Assembly: GCA_002245135.1 (NCBI GenBank)
Contig: NGBS01001161.1
Span: 186,001-250,000, forward strand
Direction of reading: 5' to 3'
DNA: 64,000 bases
Source of the DNA: Proteromonas lacertae
Lineage: Eukaryota
Made by a program: the position numbers and the translations under genes. Positions 51,694 to 64,000 of the stretch are shown here, piece by piece. Below the pieces are notes generated by a model that searched no databases, was not told the DNA's origin, and saw nothing but the letters and a program-made list of their open reading frames with translations. Every line of letters starts with the position of its first letter. The stretch's first letter is position 1.

Positions 51694-54600
51694 ATGGCTG
51701 AGAATCGTCAAAATAGAGAAAAATCGGTTTCACAAAGGCGTGAAGAGATGGAAGCGTTTGATGAAAGTATAAATATTAATAATTATAACTAGAATTTGGG
51801 TATGTGAAGTTTCGTGGTGAACCAACAATTGCATGGCTTTTGAACATGGTACCAACTTCAATTTTAGATGAATATAATGAAGAACAGGCTTGTCTTGAAA
51901 TGTACTTCTTAGAAAAGGATACAAATAATTCTTTTAAAGGCACATATCTATATCGGCCTTATTTTTACATATATGTTCATGAAAAGTACATAATGGAAAC
52001 CACAAGATATCTTGAAAAGACTTATTCAGGTCATATTGAAATTACAGTAGCGCAGAAGGTGGATTTAGACCAGCCAAATCATTTGAGTGGTAAATTAGCA
52101 AAATACCTTCGTTTATCTTTTACATGTGTGAGATATCTTCTAGAAGCAAGAAAAGAAATTATGAGTTATGTAAAACACAATCAATCCTTACATGGAAAGC
52201 ATTTAATATATACAATTCCAGAATCATCAATAACAACATTTACTGAAGCAATCTTTGATATAAGAGAATTTGATGTTCCATATTATGTAAGAGTATGCAT
52301 TGACAATGATATAAGAACAGGAGCTTGGTACAAAGTAATACAAACAAAATCAGATAATGATGGATTTATTAATGTAGAATGGCAAAAAGACATGGTAGAA
52401 AAAGCAAAACCTAAAATATTAGCATATGATATAGAATGTACAAAAGAACCATTAAAATTTCCCAATTCAGACCATGATTCTATTTATATGATTTCTTATA
52501 TGATTGATGGTATGGGATACTTAATTGTTGACAGGAAAACTGTATCTCAAGACATTGAAGATTTTGAATATACACCAAAGAATGAGTTTCCTGGGAAGTT
52601 TATGGTTTTTAATGAAAAGGATGAGGAAGATTTGATAAAGAGATTTTTCACTCATATTCAAGAAGAAAAGCCAAATATTGTAGTAACTTTTAATGGTGAT
52701 AAATTCGATATGATATTTCTTGAAGAACGAGCAAAAAAGTATAATTTAAATATGACCAATGAAATTGGATTCTATTTAGAAGGTGATCATTATAGAGGTA
52801 AAAATGCAGTTCATATGGATGCATTCTGTTGGGTAGAAAGAGATAGTTATTTACCGCAAGGAGCACGTGGCTTGAAAGCTGTAACACGTCATAAATTAGG
52901 ATATGATCCTGTAGAAATAAGTCCAGAAAATATGTTAGTATATGCTATAACTAATCCACAATATATGGCTACATATTCAGTATCAGATGCTGTAGCAACT
53001 TATTATTTATATATGCAATATGTCCATTTATTTGTATTTAGTTTATGCACAATCATTCCAATGAATGCTGAAGATGTATTAAGAAAAGGAAGTGGTACAT
53101 TATGTGAAATGTTATTACAGGTTGAAGCTTATCGAGGTAATATTATATGTCCAAATAAACAAATATCTGATCCTTATACATTTCATAAAGGACATTGGAT
53201 TGAAACAGACACTTACATTGGTGGACATGTTGAATGTTTAGAATCTGGTGTATTTAGATCAGATTTACCAGTGAAATTTCGATTAGATCCTACAGCATTT
53301 CAATACTTGATTGATACAATTGACAGTTCTTTGACATTTCATATTGAAGTGGAAGAAGGATTACAAAGATGTGATGTATTGAATTACGAAGAAATCAAAT
53401 CACAAATTATAGAGAAATTGGAAATGTTGAGAGATTCTCCAATCTGTAATGATAAACCAATTTTATACCATTTAGATGTAGCAGCTATGTATCCTAATAT
53501 AATACTTACAAATCGTTTACAACCATCTGCTATTGTTAATCCACAAATATGTTCTTCCTGTTTGTTTAACAGACCTGAGAATGAATGTAAAAGAAAAATG
53601 AAATGGGAATGGAGAGGTGAAATGTATCCTTTGAAATTAGGTGAATTTAAACAAATCAAAAGACAATTGGAAGAAGATTCTTCAACAACTAATAAGAAAT
53701 TTCTAGAAATGACTGAGACTGAACAAGTTGCTGCTTTGAAGAAAAGAACAAAAGAATATTGCAGAAGAGTTTATGGTAAATTAAAAGTAATTGAAACCGA
53801 AGTAAGAGATGCAACAATTTGTCAAAGAGAAAATTCATTCTATGTAAATACTGTTAGATCATTTCGTGATAGAAGATATGAGTATATATTTTATTTTAAT
53901 TATTTATAGTTATAAGAAATTAACAAAGAAATGGAATGGAGTATTAAAAGATATAATGAATAAAGGTGGAGATATATCTTTTTTTTTAATTATTATGTTA
54001 ATATAATAATTAGTTTTCTTTAATTGATAGTTAAGAAGAAGAAATAGAAAATGCTAAAACAAAAGTTGTATTATTTGACTCATTACAATTAGCTCACAAG
54101 TGTATTTTAAATTCATTCTATGGTTATGTAATGAGAAAAGGAAGTAGATGGATGTCTATGGAAATGGCTGGAGTTGTGACACATACTGGCTCAAATCTGA
54201 TTACTGAAGCAAGAGAATTAGTTGAACGAATTGGAAGACCATTAGAATTAGATACAGATGGTATTTGGTGTATTTTACCACAATCATTTCCTGATGTTTA
54301 TACATTCAAATTGAAAGGTGATAAGAAAGTGAAAATCAATTATCCATCATGTATGCTAAATGCTGAAACTCATACGAAATATACAAACCATCAGTATCAA
54401 CAATTGGTTAATGAAAAAGAGAGAAAATATGCAATGAGAAGTGAGTGTTCAATATTCTTTGAATTAGATGGACCATATAGAGCAATGGTATTACCAGCAT
54501 CATTAGAAGAAGGGAAATTATTGAAGAAGAGATATGCAGTTTTCAATTTTGATGGATCTCTACAAGAATTGAAGGGATTTGAATTAAAAAGAAGAGGAGA

Positions 54601-57600
54601 ATTACAAATCATTAAGATATTTCAATCTCAAGTATTTGAAAGATTCTTGTTAGGTGATACACTTCAAGAATGTTATAATAAAGTTGGTGAAACTGCTAAT
54701 TATTGGTTAGATGTATTATACACACATGGCAAAGATATGGAAGACGAAGAATTGATTGATTTAATTAGTGAAAATAGAAGTATGTCTAGAACATTAGGAA
54801 GATTATGGCGAACAAAAGTCAACATCAATTACAACAGCTACAAGATTATCTGAAATATTAGGAAAAGATATGATCAAAGATAAAGGTTTAAATTGTAAAT
54901 TTGTTGTTTCTAAAAAGCCAACTGAAGCTAATATATCAGAAAGAGCCATTCCAACTGTCATATTTTCAATGGATGAGGAAATTAAAGAAAAAACATTAAA
55001 AAGATGGACAAAAGATAATGGATTAAAGAGTTTTGATATTAGAGATATAATTGATTGGGATTATTATATTGAAAGATTTGGAAGTTGTGTTCAAAAGATT
55101 GTTACAATTCCTGCAGCAATTCAAAGAGCTCAAAATCCAGTTCCAAGAATTATACATCCTCCTTGGTTAAAGAAATTGATTAATGATTCATTAGATACTA
55201 GAAAGCAGATTAAAATTGATAGTATGTTTAATCAAGAGAAGACTGTAGATATTGAAGATTTGTTTAAACAAGATAGAATAAACAATAATATAAACAGTCA
55301 ACCAGAACAATTACATGTGGAGAATGTAATGGAAATTGAAGAAGAAGATGAAGATGAAGTAGTAGTAGATAATGAAAAAGAGAATAACAATGATAATAAT
55401 AGTAACAAGTCAATAATGATGAATGAAGATTTAAAACAATGGTATAATCTTCGAAAAGAAGAATGGAAAAGAATGAGAAGTGTGAGGAAAAGAAAGAGAC
55501 AAGAAATATTCAATAATATATCCAGTAATACAAGTATAAACTCCATAATCAAACCAACTGATAATCTACAATCATATTTCAATCAACAACAAAGAATTAC
55601 TGCATTAGGTTATTGGCAAATAATAGAAATATGTGATTTATCATCAAATGGAAATTTGAAGTTATGGGCTTTTACTTCAAGAAATACATTACAAACAATA
55701 ACACTTCATATTGAAAAGACATTTTATATCAATACATTAGATGATAATTTACCAATAGGAAAGAAAGTGAAGAAAATATTACCTCATAATCATAAGTTAT
55801 ATAATTTGTATGAAATTAAGATGTCTGATTATGATTATCATCATCCCAGTAAAGAATTGTTGAATATATTACAATCACATAATATAAGAGGAATATATGA
55901 AGTGAATGTTCCATATTTGTATAAGACATTAATACAGATTGGATGTATTACAAGAGTGAATAAAGAAAGAAGAATGAAAGGTAATACTAGTAATAGTACA
56001 TTGTTTAATTTGGAGGATTTAGAGTATTTAACAACAAGTGATTATGGATATTTAATGAATGAAACTTCTAGTTTTATAAGATTATATTTATATTGTGTTG
56101 AGAATAGTAATGGTAATGGTATATGGATGTTGTTTACTTTGCTTCCAGACAATGAGAAAGATATAAATGTTACAGTATGGGAAGTAAGCGAGTATATTAT
56201 TTATTATTATTATTATTATTATTTATAGTCAAAATAATGATATGTATAATGTAAGATATAAGACATTATTTAATGAAATAAGACTTCATAATAATATCTC
56301 TTCGTATTCCTCACTCCGTATTAAAGTAAATAAAGTCTCATCAAAAGTATATATATATTATTTATGTTTAATAATAATAGAATGAATTTTACAAGTTGTT
56401 TAATAAGTATATAATGGATTATCAATCTAGTCAAAAAGGTCCAACAATAATCATAACTCAAACACCATATATATCAGAAATATTAAGAATTGATATTCCT
56501 TCACTAAGAGATTTGCCATTAGTACCTTTATTATATCCAACTGAAGATGGAAAAACATATAAATCATTGACATGGAAAAATGAATTTGCAGAATTGTCAT
56601 TTAATAGATTCTTCAAAATGAATGATTTATGGGAAGAAAAATTAGGCATTTCTCGATATACACATATTCCAGTTGGTAATTTAACAACAGATATAGTGAT
56701 AGAAGCTAGTGATATATTTTATGGAAGATTATTGACATTTAACAGAAATTTATTATGGGCAAATACAAGTGCATTTCCAGATTTAGGTGGTTATTTAATG
56801 CAGAATTATATTGATAGTGTATTTTCTGGAAATGGTAATAATGTTACACCATTTGAGCAATCAAATCAAGGCGTTTATCGTTCAGTGTGTATTGAATTAA
56901 AAATAAGAAATCTTATTATCAACACAATTAGGATGAGCGATCATTTATCTGATATGGAAGATATTGAAACTGATGATATTTCACAACAATTTGGGTTTTG
57001 TGATACTGCCTATAATATATTAAGAATGTTAATAAGTAGATGGATCTCAACAGCTGAATCAACAGATTTACATTTAGTTGATTATTTCTTAAGTAATTGT
57101 TATAGATGGTTATGTTCTAAATCATCGTTATTATATGATCCTTCTATTCATTCGTTAATTTGCACTTTGATAAAGAAAATATTATTGTTGATCTTAAGTG
57201 AATTTAGACATTTAGGTGCTAATATAATATTTGCTTCTTTTGATAAAATTATATTTTGTAGTAATAAGTTTACTTTAGAAAGTGCAAAGAGTTATTTGCA
57301 GTATATCTTAGATACAATATCCAATCATGAGTTATTTAAGTATTTAGTATTTGAACCACAAGTGTATTGGGATTCTTTGATTTGGATGGATAGTTATAAT
57401 TATGGAGGAATTGTATTAGAGAATTGTGTAGAAGAAGAGGAGGAAGAAGAAGAACAAAGAGAAATGGAAGAAAATAATAATGAAGGACAAGTTAATGAAA
57501 TTATTGAGGAGGAAAATAAATGTGAAAATGATAAGAAAGATAAAGATAATGATAATGATGATTATAAAAATCAAGAAGTAATGGAAGTTGAAGATGGTGA

Positions 57601-58828
57601 TGATGAAAATGAAAATGAAAAAGAAAATGATGATCAAAAAGAAACTGAAGATGATGAAATAATGAAAATTATTGAAAAACACAATAGAAGGAAGGCAAGA
57701 AACGAAAGAATACAACAATATCATGATTCAGATGGTGATGAAGATGAAGTAGACAATGACAATGGAATGGAAGAAGAAGAGGATGATTATGAAGATGAAA
57801 CGTTAAATGGATTTATTGTAGATGATGAAGAAATAGAAACTTCAACAGGGAAAATATATAGAACAGAAAAAGGAGAAGCTAATCATACATTGAAAGAGAA
57901 ACAAACAGAACAACAAACCAATGGTAAAGACTTTTCATTGCATTGGCTTACAGCTACATTTTTACCAGCGTTTTTAGATGCTCCATTTCAAGTTATCATA
58001 GCTGATTTTCTATTAAAACCATTAAATTACAGAAACAACTTGATTAAAGATCATCCTGAATCTACTTTTGATGAAATTAATGAAAAAATGACAGAATATA
58101 CGAAGATTTATATTAAAGAAGAAGTATTCCCAACATTGTCAAAATTGGTTAAAAATATACACGATAAAGTAATTGAAGATGATCCAGAAACTAAAACAGA
58201 TAGAACATTTCCTAAATTTGCTGGAAGTCATTTAAATCTAACATCACCAACATTAGAATATATAAAAGTAATCTGTAAGATATTAGGTCTTGAAGAATGT
58301 ATAGATTTAGAAGTGTTTAGATTAAAAACTAATTTATTGAGTCTAATAAAGAAAAGAGAATCATCTGAAGAATGTCAATATAAAAATCCATGTCTTTCAT
58401 TAATAGTACCAGATGTAATATGCAGTTATTGTAATGAATGTCAGAATATTGATTTTTGTAGAGATTCATCGTTTTTATTTCCTGTAAATGATGATAATAA
58501 TATGTGGGTATGTGAACATTGTGGTCATCCATATAATAAATTGGCAATAGAATATAAATTAGTGGAATTGTTGGATGAATTAATATCAAAATATCATTAT
58601 CAAGATTTACGTTGTGTTAAATGTAAAAATGCAAAAGAAGATAATATATCTTCTGCTTGTAGTTGTGGTGGTGAATATATGAACAGTGAAATAAGTTCTT
58701 TGCAATATATTAAACTGTATATTTGATTTATTTTTATATAATACTCTAGATTAACTCCATTTGAGAATATAGCAAATTATCATCAACTTAGTTGGCTTAA
58801 AGAGGTAATAAATACATACAAACATTAA
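51694..58828 (+). CDS. POLE: DNA polymerase epsilon catalytic subunit; 6 introns (one U12-type); +1 insertion at 54797-54798
   Basis: Exonuclease YDIECTK, FNGDKFD, YSVSDA; polymerase [45 protein letters not shown]-terminal Cys motifs and QDLRC..C. Confidence 0.95.
53974..54034 (+). other. U12-type (minor) intron, AT-AA, 61 nt, in POLE
   Basis: 5' ATATCTTTTTTTTT; branch TTTTCTTTAAT; 3' TGATAGTTAA. Gives [28 protein letters not shown] acceptors ending at 54030, 54035 and 54038 are out of frame with this donor. Confidence 0.82.
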
Positions 58829-58848
58829 TTAAAAAAATAAATGATTAT

Positions 58849-59928
58849 TTAAACTTGATATTTGTTTTTGTTATATAAATAAACGATCATTGCTGGTGGT
58901 ACAGGATGTAAAGCGATATATCTTTTCATATTCATATCAGTGGATATACTAATCCAGGCTTCCATATACTCATGTCCTATATTCCAAATTTTCAAAAAGG
59001 ATTCATTAAATCTCATATATTTTCTTATCATATTCCCATTATAAACATCATCACATTTACTAGCAATTTGGATTGTACCTGTACCATCTATAAACTCTAC
59101 AAAATGCTTAGAAAATATATTAAAACATCCTTCAGGATATATTACATGCTTGTTTTTCTTCTTTTCATATACATGTTTAATTTCAGCAATTACATCATAT
59201 TCTGATTTAATAAAAGGAAGTATTCTTTGAGGAAAAAACAAAACATCAGAATTCACTCTAATTAAGTATTTCATACTTTTAAATGTTTTATAAACATAAT
59301 TATAGGATGACATCATCAAATGGAATATGTTATTATACGAATTACGAAAGTTAAACACAAGTAAATCACCATATTTATCTGACTCTTCTTTCAAATACTC
59401 ATTTTTATAATTATCATTGGTTGATAATCCTGTAATGAATATATAAGCAATTGAATATTCGCCTATTTGCTTTATTTCCGTATAAGTTTGTCGAATTGCA
59501 ATTCTTGATTCAAGTTCTGATGCACCAACTGGAATAATAATAACTATTTCAACATTATTTGAGATATTTGGCTTGATATATACTTGCTGTGGACCATAAT
59601 ATACTCTAATTTTAAACTTTTTATCATTTACTGGAGGATATAAATCCTTTGATTTTAATTTACATAAATTCTGTGATAATATGCTACTACATGACTTAAC
59701 ATTCTGTATTTGTCCTGCTAATACATTCTTTGTTATGGATTCTATTTTATCAAAACCATCTATCATTTCAGTAGATGAGTTTGTGATAAATATAGCTATT
59801 CCAATAAGCAACACTAATGTTGCTGCAATAAATAAAAATACTGTCAGTTTTGTTTTGTGGGGATTTTTTCGATAAAAATGTTTAAACTATTTCTATACAT
59901 AAAACAGTTATTAAACCTGATTTAACAT
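58849..59928 (-). CDS. Glycosyltransferase family 31 (beta-1,3-galactosyltransferase-like), type II membrane protein, 1 intron
   Basis: N-terminal TM; R.AIRQTY, LKEESDKYGDL...F.NSYNN, YPEG...IFS, DDVY.G; the DxD motif appears as NSD. Confidence 0.8.
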
Positions 59929-59976
59929 ATTTTAACAATATGTAAAAACACTAAAAACAATTAAACATAAAAATTA

Positions 59977-60978
59977 TTATTGAAAGTTAAATAAATCGTC
60001 ATGAAATTCTTGATTTCTTAATTTTTCTAACATTCTTTGATTAATTTGCAATTGATCATCTAATTGAGAAGCAACTAAATCATACAAAACCTTATTCTTT
60101 TCTGCTTGATTCAATTTTGAAAGATCGGGAACGCCATACTCATCATACTGTGATTGATATTGCACACGTTCTACTCGTGGCTTATTTTCCCTTTTAACTT
60201 GTTTGGGTTGATTATGTTGTGTTTGAGACTGAGATTGTGAATTTGAATCATCTTCATCTGAGGATTCCATTAATTCATTATCACTACAACTGCTATAACT
60301 ATCTTCTAATAAATCTAAATCCTTTTTAACTGGAACTTGATATAACATATCTTGTTTTATAGAAAATAAATCATTTCCTCCATTCTCACTTTTTATATCA
60401 TTTGAATCCATTCCAAACTGTCTTTTAGCAGCCATAGAATGTTCTATGCATTCAAAATATTTTGGATTTTTAGATATTACACTCTCTGGCAGACACTTTT
60501 CATGATAACCTTTTGGACAAGAAACACAATAAAGAAATGGATTTTCTGGTTCATTTGTATCATTTCCACATTTTGAACATGTGTGACATGCACATCTATA
60601 ACCACCAATAGCTGCCAATGGATTAACTCCTAAGCAAGACTTCTCTTGACAATAATATCTTCCACAATTTTCTGAATTACACAAAATTAATTCATCATCG
60701 CTTTTATAAACACCACATTTACTACATTTGTGCTATTAATAGTATGATAACAACTAAATATATTTATACTTTTTGATTATAACAATCAGGACATAACCAT
60801 TTACCAATATATTCTGGAGTTTCTATATTCAAACTAGGCATATTTATAATAACAATATGTTTTATTTATTATATTTATACCATTCAGTGTGATAATATTT
60901 ATGGCAGCTACCTTTACATGCTAGTAGAACTCCTTTATTTGTATGACAATACCAACATATTTCATCATCACTTGACAT
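59977..60978 (-). CDS. Tandem PHD-finger protein (NSD-type PHDs), 2 introns
   Basis: ICWYC...LLACKGSCHKYYHTEC, WLCPDC...HKCSKC, C...CGRYY...C, HTCSKC...CVSCPKGYHEKC. Confidence 0.8.
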
Positions 60979-61174
60979 TACTGAGAAAACAACAAACAAA
61001 ACTAAACTGAAACGACTTTAATTTTTGAAACAAATTAATTTTGTTAATATATCTTCCATAATACATAAATTATGTTATAGAAATATTACAATGAATGATT
61101 TAAGAGATAATGATGTTAAAAAATATAATATTTCCTCAAGTAATCCAAGCTCAGCGTGTTTCTTTATAGAATGC

Positions 61175-62111
61175 ATGAATTTAATTCAGCATATGTCATT
61201 ATGTGAGATGTTGTCATTTAATGTTTTGTCGTTGTCTAAAAATGTAGTAAAAATACAGATCTGTAGAAGAATAAAACATCCAACTATTGCTTCTAATATT
61301 CTAACAAATTTGATTAATTTAAACGAAAAGAGGTTAATTAAAACCATAAACAGCATTAATAATAAATGTAATCAAAATTTGATTTTAGAGGAAGTATTAG
61401 TAAAAAAGGGATATGTTGAACATAATTGGAAGAAATTTCATGTGTTAGTTGATTTAATGAAATCAAATGATTTTTATTATAATATATATCATCCATCAAA
61501 AATCAAATATAAAATTGAATCAAAAATTCAACAAATTATACAGTATAATAAGAATTCATTTAGTTCTACTTCATGTATTTGTAAAGTAATATAATATAAT
61601 TTATTAGTTAAAAACCAATACTGTGATTATGATGTTGAATTCCTTTCTGATTTTATGGTGAGAATGTCATTTTTAGAAGAAATATACATTTTTAGTTTTT
61701 ATACAACTGATAAAAGTCTATATTATTTATGTAATAATTTCAAGTATATTCCTAATTTAAAGAAATTTTGGATTGATAGTATTTCGTTCTTTATTTCTGA
61801 ATAAATAGTGAAAAATCTAACAGATGAAGGGATTTCTTATCTCTGTGATCATTTTACTGATGTAACTGAATTAAATAGTTTAAGTTCTGTTTAGTATTAT
61901 GTTTTTATTATTATATAAAATAGGTAATAGAATTACAGAAGATGGATGTAATAATATCATAGAGAATATCCATATTTTGTCGCATTTAAAGGAATTAGTT
62001 ATTGTAACAAACCAAATCCCATTACAAAACAATATCAATCAAAGGGCAAGAAATAATCATCCCAATAAAGATATTCATTTATATATTCATACAGTAAGAG
62101 AAGATATTTAA
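61175..62111 (+). CDS. RNI-like LRR protein, paralogue of the gene at 17651; +1 insertion near 61885
   Basis: YIPNLKKFWI..NLTDEGISYLC, NRITEDGC, C-terminal NHPNK. Start could be 61071. Confidence 0.65.
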
Positions 62112-62142
62112 AATATAGTAATATTATTTAATATTTATTTAA

Positions 62143-64000
62143 TTATATTGTTTCATAAAGCTTCATATCTCCTAATGTTTTACCAATTTTCACTTTAACT
62201 ACCAAAGGGACATTGAATTTAACCTTATAATTATTCTCCAAATAACGGATAACTTCTACTTCCATAATCTGTTTATATGTCTGTACTAAACTGGAAATTT
62301 CTGTTGGAGGTAATACTGGTACTTGAATAACTAATTCATCATGTAATTGTAAAATCAGCTTGTATTTCTCACTTCTATTGGGGTTTAAACGATTCAGTGA
62401 TTGTAATGAGTTGAATATTCCTATCATTGCATATTTTATAATGTCACTTGCACTTCCTTGAATAATACTATTAACAGCTTGTCTTTCAGCTCGACTATTC
62501 AAAAAAAAATAAAAATTCTAAATGTATATACAACTTTTCAGATTCATTTTTACTATGGCAATTTGATATATATCTTCTTCTTCCCATTATACTCTTTATA
62601 TAATTATTATATTGAATATCATTCTTCGTATTACATATGAATGACTTGATTCCTGGAAATTCTGATAGAAAATGATTCTTTAAATTTATTGCTTCATGTA
62701 CTGTAATATTCAATTTCTCACTTATATCATTGATACCCATTCCATAGCAAATACCCTAAGCAAATAATATATATAAATATATATACTAACGTTATGCATT
62801 TAGCATTATTTCTTTCTTTGTCATTTATATCTTTAATATTTTTATGGTATATTTTACTACTCACTAATCTATATATATCACCATCATAATTATTATTATC
62901 TTTAAATAATTCCAACAGATGAACGTCATTACTATACTATATAAACAATAATAACAATAAAATATCCAATACATATGCCAATATTCTCATCTCTATCTGA
63001 TTATAATCAAATGATATAAATAATGTATTTTTATCACTATAAAACGCATTTCTTACATTGAAACTTAGTTTTTCATTTATTACTATATCTTCCTATTATT
63101 ATTATTATATAGATAATATATATATACAGAAGGCATATTTTGTATGTTTGGATTACACGAACTTAACCTCCCTGTTGATGTATTAATATGATTCCAATGT
63201 GAATATATATGATAAGAACCATCTGAGAATTCTCTACAACATTCATTATATCCATTTATATAAGTGCTATTATTAATATATTTTAGTGTATTATACTTCA
63301 GTATTTTCTGTAATTTTCTATACTCTATTATTAAATTCGGAAATTCATGTTGATCCTTTAATTTCTATATAATATTATATATATATACATATAACTTATC
63401 ATTATTATACATTTAATATATTCTTATTTGATGATAATTTCTTCATTTTGGATTTACTTTCATTCAATGATAAATGTAAAACATTAAACAATACATTACT
63501 CACCTGTTCACTTGATGATAAAAGAATTGGAGATGGTAATAATGAATTAGCTTTTATTTCAATCTTATTACACAATTCATTTATTATATTTTTATAACCA
63601 TTCATATATTCATAATTATAATTCAACCCTTCTATTTCTAACATTGATAGAATAGGAATAACTTTAGATTCAAGTGAAATGAATGTGAAATAGAGATGAT
63701 TGTTGATTAATTCAGTTTTAATCTTTTCGTAGAGTGATTTTATGATTAACAAATTGTATTTTAATGATTCTATTGACTGAACTTTATTAACTATATAACG
63801 AATAGAAAAAAATGAAAAAATATACTCGTTTCATTATTCAAATATTTCAAACACAAATCTTCAACTGTCATATTTATTGTTTCATTTTCACTATTTAATA
63901 TCCAATTAGCTATTTTAACATCTCTAATTCCTTGATATTCATCTACATAATTCATTACCGTTTTTATTGATTGTTGACAATCATAGCTAATTATTTCTCT
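62143..64000 (-). CDS. Family A DNA polymerase domain (POLQ/POLN-like), 5'-partial, ~6 introns
   Basis: TSTGRLSSCNPNIQNMP, motif A FDYNQIEMRILA, motif B RNNAKCI..GICYGMG, AERQAVNSIIQGSASDIIK, motif C LQLHDEL. Confidence 0.88.

Noticed and set aside
53623..53632. GTATCCTTT as a GT-type U12 donor in POLE
   Set aside because: Lies in uninterrupted conserved coding sequence (WRGEMYP) with no downstream branch motif and no need for splicing.
54790..54870. POLE as a pseudogene or split gene
   Set aside because: All catalytic motifs are intact and removing one G restores the conserved sequence; assembly error is more parsimonious.
1..64000. Stop-codon reassignment or alternative genetic code
   Set aside because: The in-frame stops I examined fall in introns or follow single-base insertions; TAA, TAG and TGA all terminate genes, and conserved proteins translate normally.
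1..64000. Stop codons created by polyadenylation (as in Blastocystis)
   Set aside because: All genes whose 3' ends I traced have genomic stop codons; cDNA would be needed to show otherwise.

Overview
Gene-dense, very AT-rich eukaryotic (protist) DNA using the standard genetic code. It holds about 33 protein-coding genes, split by roughly 120 (my manual tally) very short spliceosomal introns, mostly 24-45 nt of the form GTAT...TAG. Recognisable genes: eIF4A3, RPL17, AMBRA1-like, a potato-inhibitor-I protein, DPCD, TMEM145/GPR180-like, OCA6, G-protein beta, PDI/ERp29-type, mitochondrial-type IF2, a UMF1/Atg22-type MFS transporter, a PKA-R-like protein, CFAP74, RPS9, a Crinkler/RHS-type NTPase, POLE, a GT31 glycosyltransferase and a family-A DNA polymerase. 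Intron size and gene content suggest a Blastocystis-related gut stramenopile, but it retains flagellar genes; this assignment is inference only. The main signal is a dense set of at least 7 minor-spliceosome (U12-type) introns, about 6% of introns here. All start with ATATC(C/T), carry a TTAAY branch site, are 48-64 nt long and end in AC (3), AA (3) or AG (1). In two cases the rare AT-AA end is forced by the reading frame, including in POLE. Also seen: a recurring TCAAGC promoter motif, long first introns sharing an 11-mer in both ribosomal-protein genes, an IF2 lacking its C2 domain, and five single-base insertions that are probably assembly errors. No rRNA, tRNA, CRISPR array or clear transposon was found.
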